In this document: positions 46,501 through 56,473 of the stretch, in pieces
Layout of the letters: every line of letters begins with the position of its first letter
Position numbering within the stretch: the stretch's first letter is position 1
IMG/VR virus record: IMGVR_UViG_3300044297_000148
Location: 1-61,426 of that record
Source of the DNA: a virus
Lineage: Duplodnaviria > Caudoviricetes
Reading direction: 5' to 3' (one strand)
DNA length: 61,426 nucleotides
Notes under the pieces: generated by a model
What the model saw: the letters and a program-made list of their open reading frames with translations, nothing else
Told to the model about the DNA's origin: nothing
Databases searched by the model: none
Position numbers and translations under genes: made by a program

Positions 46501-49333
46501 CCCGGAATCCACTTGGCTCGCCCGGGTAAAAGCAGCGTTCAAGCGGGCGATGGCTAAGTTGGGCCTGCGGGGAGAATTTACAGAACAGGATCTGGTGGAC
46601 GCTGCGTTCGGCGCGGCTCATATCGCCGTGAAGGCCCCGGGCAAAACGCAGGAAGGGCCAAGATTTTCAACCGCCAACGCGGCAATGGACGGAGTGAGCG
46701 AACGGGATTTCAGGACATTCACTGGTCCGACTGCCACCAAGAGCCTTGTAAAAGACGCAATCAACACCGCTGTCGGTCCCGGTGGTGGTAGTGTTATCCA
46801 GAAAATCCGCCAAAACATGGCGAGCCGATACACTTGGTGGGAGGACTTTCTTACTTCAATCAACGGCAATAGCGCCACTGACGCCGCAGGTATGGCAAGT
46901 GCCTACGACCGGCTGCATGCGTCTTCCAAAATCACGGGTATCCAGCTTTCCACGCTTGAACTAGGTGGTTTTGGCAAAGCAGAAAACGGTATGTGGGAAG
47001 CCCAGAAGACCGATGCAAGCTTCAAGGATGTCATCAGTGAAGTAAACAAGATGGTCGGTAAGTATCGCCGTACCCCCACATTCGAGGATGCACAGACTTT
47101 CTTTAATATGGCCGCGATTGCCAAGCGTGAAGAGGGTTTAATCGCTTCTGGAAAAATTGAAGCCGGGGAAATCAAACGTACCATCAGCGATGAACAGTTG
47201 AAACAAGGGCTGGCGATCTACGAAAGCACCCCCGAAATCCAAAACGCCCTTCGTCTGTATGAAAAGTTCAATAACCGCAATGTCGATTCGATGGTTACGG
47301 CGGGTCTGATTGACGCGGAAACGGCCAAAGACCTGAAGGGTGCGGCTGGCTACGTACCGTGGTTCCGGTTCACCGAGGACAAAGAAGGCAATATCAACAT
47401 CAAAGCCGTGAAGGACTACGCAAAAGGACTCATCAACCTGAGTAACATGCGAGACCTTGAAGGTGGCAAGATTGAAGATATCCAGATCAATAACATTCTG
47501 GATAACATGGCTAAACTCAGCAACTGGATGGTCAACAAATCGATTGGTAACGACACGGCTGAGTATATGCTTCGTTACGCTTTGAAGTATAAGCAAGCCC
47601 GAAAAGTCGGTTCGTTCGATGCCTCCGGTGTCGACCCTCGTAAAGTCGTGCAAATCATGCGCGAAGGTAAGCCTGAATTTTACGAATTTGCCGACCCAAT
47701 GGCTCTACCGGCCTTCAAGGGTTATGAAACCGCTCACGGTGCGATGGTCAGTGCCATGGCTGCACCTGCGAACCTGCTTCGTAAGGGTGTCACCCTGTAC
47801 CCGGTGTTTGCGCTGGGGCAGCTTCCCCAAGACTCGTTGAGGGCGTTTATCTTCAGTGGTTTGAAAAATCCGTTTGCTATTTTTCCTAAAGTGCTCACCA
47901 ATTTTGTCAAAGAAGTATTTGGCGGGACCGAGACCAGTCACAGGCTTGCCCAGTACGGGATTGTGGGAAGGGCGCTGGACATCCCCCGGGGTGAAGTCAC
48001 CAAACATTTCCGCAAAGAACTTGGCCTTGATCGCAGTGCGTTTGGCGCAGGGCTCGGGTTTTTTGAGAAGTGGAGTAACGCTTCCGATGCGGCTATCCGC
48101 ACGACGCTTTATGAACTGACCCTTAAGGAAGGTGGCAGCGAAGCTCTTGCAATCCGCAGGGCGCGTGACATCATCAACTTTGATATTCAAGGCTCAAGCG
48201 GGTATTCAAGTTTCCTGCGCCAGACCGTGCCGTTCATGGGTGTGTACATGAATGACCTTAACAACCTCTACAAGGGGTTGGTGCTTGGCAGGGGGCGTTT
48301 GAGCGAGACCGAAGCGGGAGCGGTACGCCGCGCCATTCTGTATAGGGGCATGCAACTTGGGGCGTTGACCGCGTTGTACACGCTCATGGCTTCTGATGAT
48401 GACGACTACAAGAATCTTGATGACGCAACCCGTAACCGTAGCTTCATCATCCCCGGGGCTAATTTGCGTATTCCAGTGCCCAGTGACGGTGTGGGGTTCA
48501 TGTTCAAAGTCATACCCGAACAGATCATGCGCTACATGCTCGCCGAAGGGATCGAATCGGAAGATGCGGGTTCTCGTGTAGGAAGAGCGCTTTTCACCGG
48601 GTTTTCTCAACTCGGTAGTTTTGAAAACTTCTTGCCCCTTGCGGTGCGCGTGCCTATTGAATTGGCACTTAACCGCAGCTTCTACACACAGAATCCAATT
48701 GTAGGGAAATCAAAGGAGCATCTTGAACCGTACAATCAGTTCACGGACTCCACAGGCGAAATAGCCAAGCAACTTGGCCTTGCCTTGAATGTATCACCGC
48801 TTAAACTTGAATACTTCCTGCGGGGATACTCAGGGCAGATGGGGGGTGCGGTCTACGCAATGACGAATGCTCTTATGGACGCCGCTGAAGGTAAAGTCAC
48901 GCCGTCCCTGCGCCTTGAAGATTACCCGGGGCTGAAACAATTCACCTATAGTTCGTCGGATAAGGCTGATCTTGAGAACTTTTACGAGATGCGCGACCAG
49001 ATTGACCGCGTAGCACGCACCTACAACGACATGATCAAGTCCGGGCGTGGCGAAGAAGCCATTGCGTACATGAACGACCCGGAAAACCAACAGACCTTTG
49101 CGCTTCGTAAGTACCAAACGCAAGTCGATGGTGTCATGCAAAAACTCCGGGAACAGCGCAAGCTCATTTTTGCAAGTAAAGACCTCAGTGCAGATGAGAT
49201 GCGGGATAAACTTGACCAGCTTGATGAATTCCAAACCAAGTTCCTGCGCAGCCTGCAGCTTCCCCGTGCACGAGCCTTTGCTGGAGTGGAGCCCAATATC
49301 AATGACTGGGCGCTGCTGCGGATGTTCAAGTAA
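43595..49333 (+). CDS. Large polyvalent ejection protein: lytic transglycosylase + zincin metallopeptidase + LPD38-like C-terminus
   Basis: QESGG...GAVGVAQVMPDTA...YNAGPG...ETQKYV (SLT); LHEAGAH...EIIAY; ELALNRSFY...SPLKLEYFLRGYSG. Confidence 0.8.
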   Translation: MPIYKVSAPDGNIYDIQGPEGVSQEEIFDALLHLNPDAGKPKSVLGYAKESGKALISGGVGALASIGKGAAAALPEELETKAREQISKAAQRVSPRLSPTYADTLPVEIASGVGSMLAPALIPGGVPARIGAFGAMGASQAREAAEKFGATEEERRQATILGIFPGATNIIPLERLLGRFGATPVKGMVSRVARAFETGGLEAAQNAAEEMGQQAVKQITYDPNAPLLEGSEDALRQGFEAGAAAQLLLDAVIPGRGRAVKGAPAPEKQMSAPAQETPEELKAPVKSAVDEVWPHLVQQESGGKQFKPGTKEPLTSPKGAVGVAQVMPDTAKEAAKLAGVPFDEKKYKTDRAYNELLGKAYFEKQLQDSNGDVAQALARYNAGPGAVDDFLNGTNNSGKNPKKIKTENGIPPFKETQKYVKTIMARMAPAAPAAPAAPAALTLAKAKVGEAQQVAPKVTPEAAPEVTPEAAPEVTPQAAPEAAPEVTPEAAPPAVGVITDDVLKSFGIKGYGSTKAKEALRGLDLNTEEGQKVYDEVFNGPKFKQLKYDAAKVEEFSKAVPVLYAPSGVAAPVQPQPSGPKTNAPAPIVGEPDVAAGGRGAGEPVLPEAAEGAASAAVERGGVAGPEQPVGGPVEGEKPVTAPVKEEVLRAEPRPAVAKKAKKETTPPEIDASLAALDTNISQQLYEAHLDYLVSEATYNDRDGRYAKTKLEEAQVPAADLFAAQSRVAGRTAKIESADRARVITKLEEIDDQLSGISHDLNEAIENKKDTSALRSQQQKLLAQRKDVTKEAKRLGISPKAKRVDVRHIRTARKSVGEVGAPTGNTADRVAKEIERVMRPGSGFERITTVVQTEEGLPDAVRSAPDYAPGVRGVAYKGRIWLVADNIPQGRELGVFLHEAGAHLGFDQVLKPGDREHLARTVKNWSKGSDLKAQAAKIALAKGGKSNDEIIAYTVEELVNRGVKPQGLRPESTWLARVKAAFKRAMAKLGLRGEFTEQDLVDAAFGAAHIAVKAPGKTQEGPRFSTANAAMDGVSERDFRTFTGPTATKSLVKDAINTAVGPGGGSVIQKIRQNMASRYTWWEDFLTSINGNSATDAAGMASAYDRLHASSKITGIQLSTLELGGFGKAENGMWEAQKTDASFKDVISEVNKMVGKYRRTPTFEDAQTFFNMAAIAKREEGLIASGKIEAGEIKRTISDEQLKQGLAIYESTPEIQNALRLYEKFNNRNVDSMVTAGLIDAETAKDLKGAAGYVPWFRFTEDKEGNINIKAVKDYAKGLINLSNMRDLEGGKIEDIQINNILDNMAKLSNWMVNKSIGNDTAEYMLRYALKYKQARKVGSFDASGVDPRKVVQIMREGKPEFYEFADPMALPAFKGYETAHGAMVSAMAAPANLLRKGVTLYPVFALGQLPQDSLRAFIFSGLKNPFAIFPKVLTNFVKEVFGGTETSHRLAQYGIVGRALDIPRGEVTKHFRKELGLDRSAFGAGLGFFEKWSNASDAAIRTTLYELTLKEGGSEALAIRRARDIINFDIQGSSGYSSFLRQTVPFMGVYMNDLNNLYKGLVLGRGRLSETEAGAVRRAILYRGMQLGALTALYTLMASDDDDYKNLDDATRNRSFIIPGANLRIPVPSDGVGFMFKVIPEQIMRYMLAEGIESEDAGSRVGRALFTGFSQLGSFENFLPLAVRVPIELALNRSFYTQNPIVGKSKEHLEPYNQFTDSTGEIAKQLGLALNVSPLKLEYFLRGYSGQMGGAVYAMTNALMDAAEGKVTPSLRLEDYPGLKQFTYSSSDKADLENFYEMRDQIDRVARTYNDMIKSGRGEEAIAYMNDPENQQTFALRKYQTQVDGVMQKLREQRKLIFASKDLSADEMRDKLDQLDEFQTKFLRSLQLPRARAFAGVEPNINDWALLRMFK

Positions 49334-49360
49334 AAAATTCCCCCGGCATTGCACCGGGGG
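49334..49360 (-). terminator. Terminator at the convergence of the late and replication operons
   Basis: CCCCCGG/CCGGGGG stem; U-run on the minus strand. Confidence 0.65.
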
Positions 49361-49409
49361 TAAGGGGAGGGGAGAAACAACATTACAACGGGGGCGATAA
49401 TAGCAGAGG

Positions 49410-49607
49410 CTATGGCAAACGCCAAACGCGAACACCCAGAATCCCGTTTTCCACTACCGGCTTGATATCCACCCGGATATGCAAACGCCGCATTTCTTTT
49501 CCAATACTCTCTGTTAGCTGTTCAAGGCGGGTCCCGGGAACAAAGAACGACGTGCCAAGCAGGAACTTGGAAAAGTCAAGGACGACTGGCCTCCCGTGCG
49601 TTTCCAT
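49410..49607 (-). CDS. Small hypothetical protein
   Basis: METHGRP...GTSFFVP...GVRVWRL; GAGGAG RBS. Confidence 0.6.
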   Translation of the reverse strand: METHGRPVVLDFSKFLLGTSFFVPGTRLEQLTESIGKEMRRLHIRVDIKPVVENGILGVRVWRLP

Positions 49608-52404
49608 CGAATAGCTCCTCGTTCTCGTAGGCGAACTCAAGAGCAATTTCCGGCTGAGTGGAAACCATGCCCTTGCCCATACGCATCTTCCTTTCCCCAA
49701 AATACTTTTTCTGGTTGCCGAGGATGGTAAGCACGCTGGAGTACGATATCTGGCGCTCGGCGCAAAATTGCCGGAATATGCTTTTGTTGATGTAGACACG
49801 CTTGGTATCGGGCTCGATGCGGATGTAGAGCTTGCCCCGAGGGATCATGATAGGGGCTTCCTGCGGCCCGCCGCCCGTGCGTGACACGCCGCTATTAATC
49901 ATCAGGGTGTCGTTGATATGGGAGGACATGAATTCCCCCACCGCCGTGACATTGGCTGGCACGACTTCCCGGGTCTTGCTGCTTTTAGCCTTCAGGTCAG
50001 CGGTGAACCAATCAAACACGCGCTTGATGTCGGCATTGGAGATATCCAGTACCTTGGCCTCGCGCGCGAAGATCCCTCCACCCATCCCAATCGTGCCCAT
50101 GGCAGACCAAAACCGCTCTCGTTGTACCAACTGTGCTGCCCGGTCAATAGAGCGTTGCGTGTCGTTCAAGCAGCTTTCAATGCTCGGCATGTTGAGCAGT
50201 AGGTAACGGATATAGGGCACACAAGCCACGCCATAGTTGGAGTAAAGCGGCCTGAAAAGCTCGTCAGACTCTTCCTTGCTCATGCCGGTAATCGGGTCCA
50301 ACTGATATTCAAGCAAGCGGGCAAGCTCGCCATCGGGGGAACTTTTCTTTTGGTGCAACTTGTCCTGAAGTGAAGAATTAGCGGTTACAACTCCAATTGA
50401 TTTCCATGTGATGTTGTTAGAACGCTCGATGTTGAAGCTGCCCTGCATCCGGTGTTTGCCGCGCCCGTGCAGGAATTGATACAGGAAGTTGGAGGTTGCC
50501 TCCGGGGTTTCGTTGGTGATTTCATCCACGGTTGCGGCGATATTCTGTAGCACCCCCACGCGGTTGATACGGGAATTCTGGGTGTCCTCCTTGATCAGCA
50601 TGGTGTCATCAGGGTGCCCAAAAACGCTGTTGATCATACGAAGGATCGTGGTCTTGCCTGTGCCTGATTCAGGACTGAAGAAATTCACGATACCGCAGCG
50701 CTCGCTCATGAACGCGGCAAGCGGAGAACCAAACGCAAGAAAAAGCCCAAACATATAAGGCTCCATGCCCGGGCGGTTGTAGGTATTGGCAAGCTTTTTC
50801 CATTCTTCAAGCGTGCCCTGCTTGCGATAAGGGTTCATCAGGGAAATTGTCACCGATGACGGCGGGCTGTACAGGGTTGCAGTGGCCGTGATCTGTCTGT
50901 CACCAACAATAAAGGAAGTGTAGTTATCCGCCCAGCCAAACTGCACCCGAGAGCGGGCGGCTCGGCTACTGGCTTGGTACTTTTTAACTGACATATTTGA
51001 ATACGCCATGAGAGATTCGACTTGTTTGCCGATGGTGCTAACACCCTGCTCGGCTATGCGCTTGCCAAAAAGATCCCGGCTGATCATCTCCTTGAGCGGG
51101 ATCATGAATTCTCGAACACCGTCTTGGGGCAGATGCAGCCGGAACAACCCCGACATCCCCTGCAATGGGTCATCGATAGTCTGTACGAGGTAAAAATCGT
51201 TCTCATAGATCATGTCATCGTCGGGATTGCCGTCTTCATCTTTTTTCTTGACGACAATTCCACCATGCGCGCCACGAGCAAAAGGAAACGGGTACTCCGG
51301 GATCGTATAGGTAACTTGAGCCGCTTCTGGCTTGGGGTTGGGGATTACATTATCTTCGGGCGAAGCAGTCGCAAGCTCACCACGACCAAGTGCTATGGGG
51401 TTGGTGATCTTGCCTTTGTGAACGCAACCTTCGCACCCATCAGGGTTTTCTTCCCAGTACGCCGTGCAGCTATAGGGACCTTGGATCGCGTCGGCCTTGG
51501 CTTGTGTCTGCACCGCGTTGTAGTCGGGGTGCTTGCTTGAAACGATATGAATGGCCCGTTCCCCGTCTTTGCAGAACTTGGCCGTTGACAACACTGCCCG
51601 CCAAAGCGGTTCAAGCACCTCCTCCTGATGCTGCACCGCATGCAGAATCTGATTACAACCTTTGCCCTCTGCGCTTTTCTTCAGGATCAGCCTGAAACTC
51701 GAAGGAGCAACATCGTTTTTCTGCTCGATCAACGCTTTGGTTACTTCGTTGATAGGACGCTCGGTGGCTGATTCAAGCATTTCATCGTTCACACCAAGTA
51801 CCGCCCGGAACGAGGCGACATCTACCGCTGGCACAAGGTTCAGTACACTTACAGGTAGCGGGTTACCCGGGTTTTTCCAGTTGTTTGACCCGACCGCGCG
51901 CAAGATACGCGCAGCATCGCTTGTCACTTTGGCGTCGATTTTCACGCCCGCCATCAGGCAAGCCATCTTCAACCGGGTGGCAATAACCTTCCACTGCGGC
52001 CTTGCGAGTGGCTCGGTTAGCGGCCAATAGACGTGCACCCCGTTGCCGGAATTCACCAGCATCGGGCGCGGCAGGCGCAGTTCTTTTACAAAACGCTTTA
52101 CGTCAGCAACAGCACTTTGCTGGTCCGGGTATTTCTTATCGTTGCCCCCTCCGACATCCAAATCAAGAAAAAACGACTTCAGGTATTTGACGTTGGCAGC
52201 AGTGCGGTCGGTGTCGTTGTTGTAGCTTGCTACCGCCACAAACGAATTTACCTGCTGTGCCTCCAGTTCATCCACCGCAGCGTCAACTTGCGTCAACGTG
52301 TCAAAGAATCTCTGGCTTGGTGCGCCTTTGCCTGATATGCCGACTACACAGTATTTACCCTCCGGGGCGAGTACCGCACCCAGAAATTGTTGGCGTGTGA
52401 GCAT
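49576..52404 (-). CDS. Primase-helicase (AEP/RepB-like primase + DUF927 helicase)
   Basis: FFLDLD, NSGNGVHVYW, CEGCVH; Walker A ESGTGKTT, VDE. Confidence 0.85.
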   Translation of the reverse strand: MLTRQQFLGAVLAPEGKYCVVGISGKGAPSQRFFDTLTQVDAAVDELEAQQVNSFVAVASYNNDTDRTAANVKYLKSFFLDLDVGGGNDKKYPDQQSAVADVKRFVKELRLPRPMLVNSGNGVHVYWPLTEPLARPQWKVIATRLKMACLMAGVKIDAKVTSDAARILRAVGSNNWKNPGNPLPVSVLNLVPAVDVASFRAVLGVNDEMLESATERPINEVTKALIEQKNDVAPSSFRLILKKSAEGKGCNQILHAVQHQEEVLEPLWRAVLSTAKFCKDGERAIHIVSSKHPDYNAVQTQAKADAIQGPYSCTAYWEENPDGCEGCVHKGKITNPIALGRGELATASPEDNVIPNPKPEAAQVTYTIPEYPFPFARGAHGGIVVKKKDEDGNPDDDMIYENDFYLVQTIDDPLQGMSGLFRLHLPQDGVREFMIPLKEMISRDLFGKRIAEQGVSTIGKQVESLMAYSNMSVKKYQASSRAARSRVQFGWADNYTSFIVGDRQITATATLYSPPSSVTISLMNPYRKQGTLEEWKKLANTYNRPGMEPYMFGLFLAFGSPLAAFMSERCGIVNFFSPESGTGKTTILRMINSVFGHPDDTMLIKEDTQNSRINRVGVLQNIAATVDEITNETPEATSNFLYQFLHGRGKHRMQGSFNIERSNNITWKSIGVVTANSSLQDKLHQKKSSPDGELARLLEYQLDPITGMSKEESDELFRPLYSNYGVACVPYIRYLLLNMPSIESCLNDTQRSIDRAAQLVQRERFWSAMGTIGMGGGIFAREAKVLDISNADIKRVFDWFTADLKAKSSKTREVVPANVTAVGEFMSSHINDTLMINSGVSRTGGGPQEAPIMIPRGKLYIRIEPDTKRVYINKSIFRQFCAERQISYSSVLTILGNQKKYFGERKMRMGKGMVSTQPEIALEFAYENEELFDGNAREASRP

Positions 52405-52489
52405 GGGTTGCGCATTTTAATCAGGTTGTGGGTTTCATATATCCCTCCAGAAATGGGGTACGCAGGTCATGCGTACCCCAAGACACCCG

Positions 52490-53389
52490 TTACTCGTCGT
52501 CCCACTCATCCAGAAGTTTGCTGATATCAGCTTTGGCCGGAGCGGCTTCGGACGCGCCTGCCTTTTCCCGCTTCTTGGGGGCAGGGGTCTCTTCTTCATC
52601 CTCTTCAACAGCAGGGGCCGGGGCTCGTTTTGCCTTTGGCGCAGGTGCAACAGCAGTGGCAGGAGCTTGCGGTTCGTCGTCTTCGGCTTTGTATTCGATC
52701 GTGACAAGATCCTTGGCTTCCTTGCTTGCACCGCGCTCGGTGCAGGTACCGTGCTCTTCTTCGGTAAGCGGGCGCACTGCCTTGAAGAAAAGTTTTGGCG
52801 TAGCACTGTCGGTGTCGAAGCGCATCTCGGTCACGACATCGGTGACGTTGACATTGAATCCGGCGAGAAACTGCGCGTATGCGTTAAGCGGCATGTTGCC
52901 GTTATCAGATTTGCCAAAGATCGACTGCGCGGGAAGCGAAAGTGCGTAAAGATCCCCGTCCAAATCGTTCTCAAGCAGCACGGCGATTGCACGGCTGAAC
53001 TTGCAGGCTCGGGAGTTCTGCTGGCCTGAACCCTTTACGTTCTGCGGACAATCCGCGCAGTTGGTATGTTGGGGGGTCTTTGACTTGGCATTCGGCGTGT
53101 TGCCGTTGGCTGACCAGCAAATGGGGGAAGCTTTGGAGCCAGCGACGTACTGCTTGTCATAATAGGAACGTGAGACTTCCGGGGCCACATTCACGATCAC
53201 TACCTTCATCGTGCGCTCATTGCTGACCGCGATTTCCTCTCCGTTCACGATCATGCGAAAGGCATTGCCACGGATGGAGATGCGCTTGCTCTGGGTACCG
53301 CCAAGCAGCGATTTGGTGACAGCGTTCAACTCCTTCTTGCGAAGGTAGTCAGGCACACCATTCTTGAACAGCGTAACGTCATTACTCAT
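52490..53389 (-). CDS. Single-stranded DNA-binding protein (putative)
   Basis: CADCPQN...RAC Zn motif; acidic tail ending EWDDE; replication context. Confidence 0.6.
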   Translation of the reverse strand: MSNDVTLFKNGVPDYLRKKELNAVTKSLLGGTQSKRISIRGNAFRMIVNGEEIAVSNERTMKVVIVNVAPEVSRSYYDKQYVAGSKASPICWSANGNTPNAKSKTPQHTNCADCPQNVKGSGQQNSRACKFSRAIAVLLENDLDGDLYALSLPAQSIFGKSDNGNMPLNAYAQFLAGFNVNVTDVVTEMRFDTDSATPKLFFKAVRPLTEEEHGTCTERGASKEAKDLVTIEYKAEDDEPQAPATAVAPAPKAKRAPAPAVEEDEEETPAPKKREKAGASEAAPAKADISKLLDEWDDE

Positions 53390-53403
53390 GGATTACTCCT
53401 AGA

Positions 53404-53808
53404 TTATTTGCGGTAAATGCGAAGGTCGTATTCACGTTCTGCATTGAGTCCGGGGGGCACGAGGTCTGGGTGTTCCTCCAAAAAAGACTTCATGTTGGTC
53501 TGATGGATGCGCCGCTCAAGCAGATCAGCGGCGTCGTTATCCTTTATAAAGCGGTGCATCGATTCCCAGTCGGTAGTCCAATAACGTGTTTTGAGAGTGC
53601 GTGTCAGGCGACCGAACGGAGTATTGAGACTGTTAGCACCAATCTCATTGCAGGCATCAAGCAAGTTTGCCTTCACCTTCTTCATCTGTTCGTCCAGATC
53701 TTCCTTCTGCGCCTCAAGCTCTTTCAGGCGTTCGCGCATCTTGATGTATACCTTGATGAGCCTTCCAAACTGCGAAGACTGACCTTCTTGCTGTGCTTCT
53801 TCGCTCAT
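53404..53808 (-). CDS. Conserved replication-module protein
   Basis: Coiled coil + DW..M..FI...LLERRI...PPGL. Confidence 0.65.
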   Translation of the reverse strand: MSEEAQQEGQSSQFGRLIKVYIKMRERLKELEAQKEDLDEQMKKVKANLLDACNEIGANSLNTPFGRLTRTLKTRYWTTDWESMHRFIKDNDAADLLERRIHQTNMKSFLEEHPDLVPPGLNAEREYDLRIYRK

Positions 53809-53817
53809 GTGTTTCTC

Positions 53818-55377
53818 CTAAAGATTTACAACTTCCCCAAGTTCTTCCTTGTATAGATCGACCAAGCGTTGGTGTACATCTATTTTGTTCTGCAGCATTT
53901 TGTACATCCGTCGCTCAACTCTACTGCCCTGCAAATGCACTACTGTTACCTTGTTCACCTGACCCGCCCGATGCACCCGGGCGTTGGCTTGCAAGTACGT
54001 CTCCACGCTCATCACCGGCGACCAATACACAATTACGTTGGCAGCGTGAAGTGTTACCCCGTGCGATGCAGCCTGCGGCTGGATCACCAGCACCTGCGGC
54101 TCGCTTGTGGTCTGGAAGCGGTTAAATATCTCAGTTCGTTTGTTTGGTGCGACAGCGCCGTTGATGATTTCGTTTGTTATATTTTTGGTCTTGAGCCAGC
54201 CTGAAATCATCTCCAGACTATGCGTGTAAGGCACGAATATAAGCACCTTATGGCTTGCCTCGTCAATCACTTCTTTGAGCGCCTGCAGTCGGTTGTTGCA
54301 GTCAAACTCAATTACTTCGCGGGTGTCTGAATAAACTGCTCCACCGGAAATCTGAAGTAATTTACTCAACATTGCCGCAGCGTTCGGTGCGCTGATTTCC
54401 TCGCCCGCCGCCACGACTAGCTGTTGCCGCAAGAATCGCTCGTAGTATTCCTCCTGCTGCTTGGTAAGCTCGACATCTCGCGTGACATACATCATCTCAG
54501 GCAGGTCAAGGCATTCTTCTTTGGTAAACCTGATTGCCGGTTGCAGCGCGTTAAATACGATGTCGCTTGCATTGGGCTTAGGCACATACTTGAAGCGCGT
54601 GATCTGCGTCATCACCGAATCCCTGAACGCACCAAAGAATTTCGGCACTTTGTTCGGGTTGATGATCTTGGCAAGTCCATAGGCGTCCACGGGCGACTGC
54701 GAAGCGGGGGTACCCGTCATCATCCACACCCACGTATGCGGCTTGATCAGTTTGGTGAGGGTTTTCCAGCGTTTGCTGGTATGGCTTTTGAAATTGTTTG
54801 CCTCGTCAATAACGAAAAGATCAAAGTCACCTGCCTCTTCAATAGCCTCAGCAACTATATCAAGTCCTTCAGGATTGATGATGACAAACTCTGCGTTGCC
54901 CTTGATGATACGACTGCGTTTTTCTGAACGCGGATGGTGGGCTATGTCACAACTGCGGTGCATGGCGAACTTAAAAAGATCCCCTTGCCATGCAGACCCC
55001 ATGATGGACACGGGACAGACCACAAGCACGCGACGAAGGCGCTTTACGTTCATGAGGAAGTCTGCTGCCCATATCACGCTTGCGGTCTTGCCCGTGCCTT
55101 GGCTGTTGAAGCAGAAACACCGCCTGTGAAGCGTAAAGAATTCAGCCGTGGTTCGTTGATGCGCAAAGGGCTTGTGCATCCCGGGCCAATCGTAACTGCG
55201 AAGAATCGGGGAAGGGACGTTCTTCACCTGCAGATTCTTCAATACCTGCACTTCCTCCAGTCCCCAGCGCACCAGCACCTCATGTTCGCCAACCTGTTTG
55301 CTGCATGGAATGACTGACGTGATGCGCTGCGGGTCGCGCACGCGAAGGTGTAGAGCTTTATTTTCTATTATCTGCAA
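53818..55377 (-). CDS. SNF2-family helicase
   Basis: QGTGKT, IDEA, MTGTP, HGVTL, QANARVHRAGQ. Confidence 0.9.
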   Translation of the reverse strand: MQIIENKALHLRVRDPQRITSVIPCSKQVGEHEVLVRWGLEEVQVLKNLQVKNVPSPILRSYDWPGMHKPFAHQRTTAEFFTLHRRCFCFNSQGTGKTASVIWAADFLMNVKRLRRVLVVCPVSIMGSAWQGDLFKFAMHRSCDIAHHPRSEKRSRIIKGNAEFVIINPEGLDIVAEAIEEAGDFDLFVIDEANNFKSHTSKRWKTLTKLIKPHTWVWMMTGTPASQSPVDAYGLAKIINPNKVPKFFGAFRDSVMTQITRFKYVPKPNASDIVFNALQPAIRFTKEECLDLPEMMYVTRDVELTKQQEEYYERFLRQQLVVAAGEEISAPNAAAMLSKLLQISGGAVYSDTREVIEFDCNNRLQALKEVIDEASHKVLIFVPYTHSLEMISGWLKTKNITNEIINGAVAPNKRTEIFNRFQTTSEPQVLVIQPQAASHGVTLHAANVIVYWSPVMSVETYLQANARVHRAGQVNKVTVVHLQGSRVERRMYKMLQNKIDVHQRLVDLYKEELGEVVNL

Positions 55378-55512
55378 GTTTCACCCATAATGGCTCCGCG
55401 AGGCCGAAGCGGTCGTTTGCTTCGTCCTTTGCTTTTTATGAAGCTCACCTCTTGGCGGGCGAGTCGAACAACTATCATCCCCCTTTTTCGGGGGGATGTC
55501 AAACAGGTTTGG

Positions 55513-55788
55513 TTACTTCTTCGGGCGGTTGCGCTTGACCGTGTGATCGCTGTTACGGCTGAAAGAGCGGTTGGAGCTTACTGTCTTCAGGCGCAGATTA
55601 CCCGGCGCGTTGGTGCCACCTTTGGACAAGGGCACGATATGGTCAATATCCTTACCCTTGCGGTCCACACCTTTTTTGTCCATGGCATACCGCGCACGGG
55701 CACGCGCTGCACGCTCAGGTTTCTCACCGCGTTGCTTTTCCATCTGCCATTCGTGCTTATAGGGCCGAGGGGATTTTGTATAGGGCAT
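55513..55788 (-). CDS. Small HNH endonuclease
   Basis: DIDHIVPLSKGGTN...NLR....SNRS. Confidence 0.85.
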   Translation of the reverse strand: MPYTKSPRPYKHEWQMEKQRGEKPERAARARARYAMDKKGVDRKGKDIDHIVPLSKGGTNAPGNLRLKTVSSNRSFSRNSDHTVKRNRPKK

Positions 55789-55797
55789 TGCTGTCTC

Positions 55798-56460
55798 CTA
55801 TCGTGCTTTGCCATTGTGTTCACAAGAGAGCACCGGGCACCACGCCTTGCAAGTGAAATTCTGTTTGGGGTTCCATATGTCAAACTGGTACGCCGTATCA
55901 AGTTGGTTTGACTGATCCAACCATTTTTTCCACCGTTCTTCCTGCTCCACTGTCTCAAACCGCTCCCTGACGAACGCGGGATGCACGACAAAAAGGAGTC
56001 CTGCTTTTACTACCTCTACTTCGGGGAAATGCTTGAAAACCGCGAGTGACAGCAACTCAAGCTGTTTCGTATCGGGGTAGGTATTTTTGCCGGTCTTGTA
56101 GTCGATCAGACTCGCTTTGGGGCCGTTGACCACCAGCAAATCCGCGATTCCACGCCACCATACTTCCTTATCAAAAAACCCACACGGCTGAAGTTGCGCA
56201 GTGAGCCCCATGCGATGCTCACAATACACCTGTCCTTGCATGGCCTTCAGCCGGTCAAGCGGTTCTTTCATGTAGGCAAGATACCCGGGCAGGTCCTTGC
56301 CATCCCTCACGTAATCCTCGGCAGCTTTATGCGCGTCAAGTCCGTAACGCATTTGTGCTGACTGCGGCTCTACAATGTCCTTTGCTACTCTCAGATGGTA
56401 GTATTTTTTGGGGCATTGCTGGAACAGCGACATGCTGCTGTAGGACCACGCCTTGGGCAT
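55798..56460 (-). CDS. PD-(D/E)XK (Cas4/RecB-like) exonuclease
   Basis: WSYSS...CP; GIADLL...IDYKTGK; C..CP...C. Confidence 0.85.
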   Translation of the reverse strand: MPKAWSYSSMSLFQQCPKKYYHLRVAKDIVEPQSAQMRYGLDAHKAAEDYVRDGKDLPGYLAYMKEPLDRLKAMQGQVYCEHRMGLTAQLQPCGFFDKEVWWRGIADLLVVNGPKASLIDYKTGKNTYPDTKQLELLSLAVFKHFPEVEVVKAGLLFVVHPAFVRERFETVEQEERWKKWLDQSNQLDTAYQFDIWNPKQNFTCKAWCPVLSCEHNGKAR

Positions 56461-56473
56461 CTATGCTTCCTTG

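Noticed and set aside
15778-49435. Long minus-strand ORFs opposite structural genes (e.g. 15778-16746, 20782-21918, 29478-30596)
   Set aside because: Antisense shadows typical of GC-rich coding DNA; no motifs
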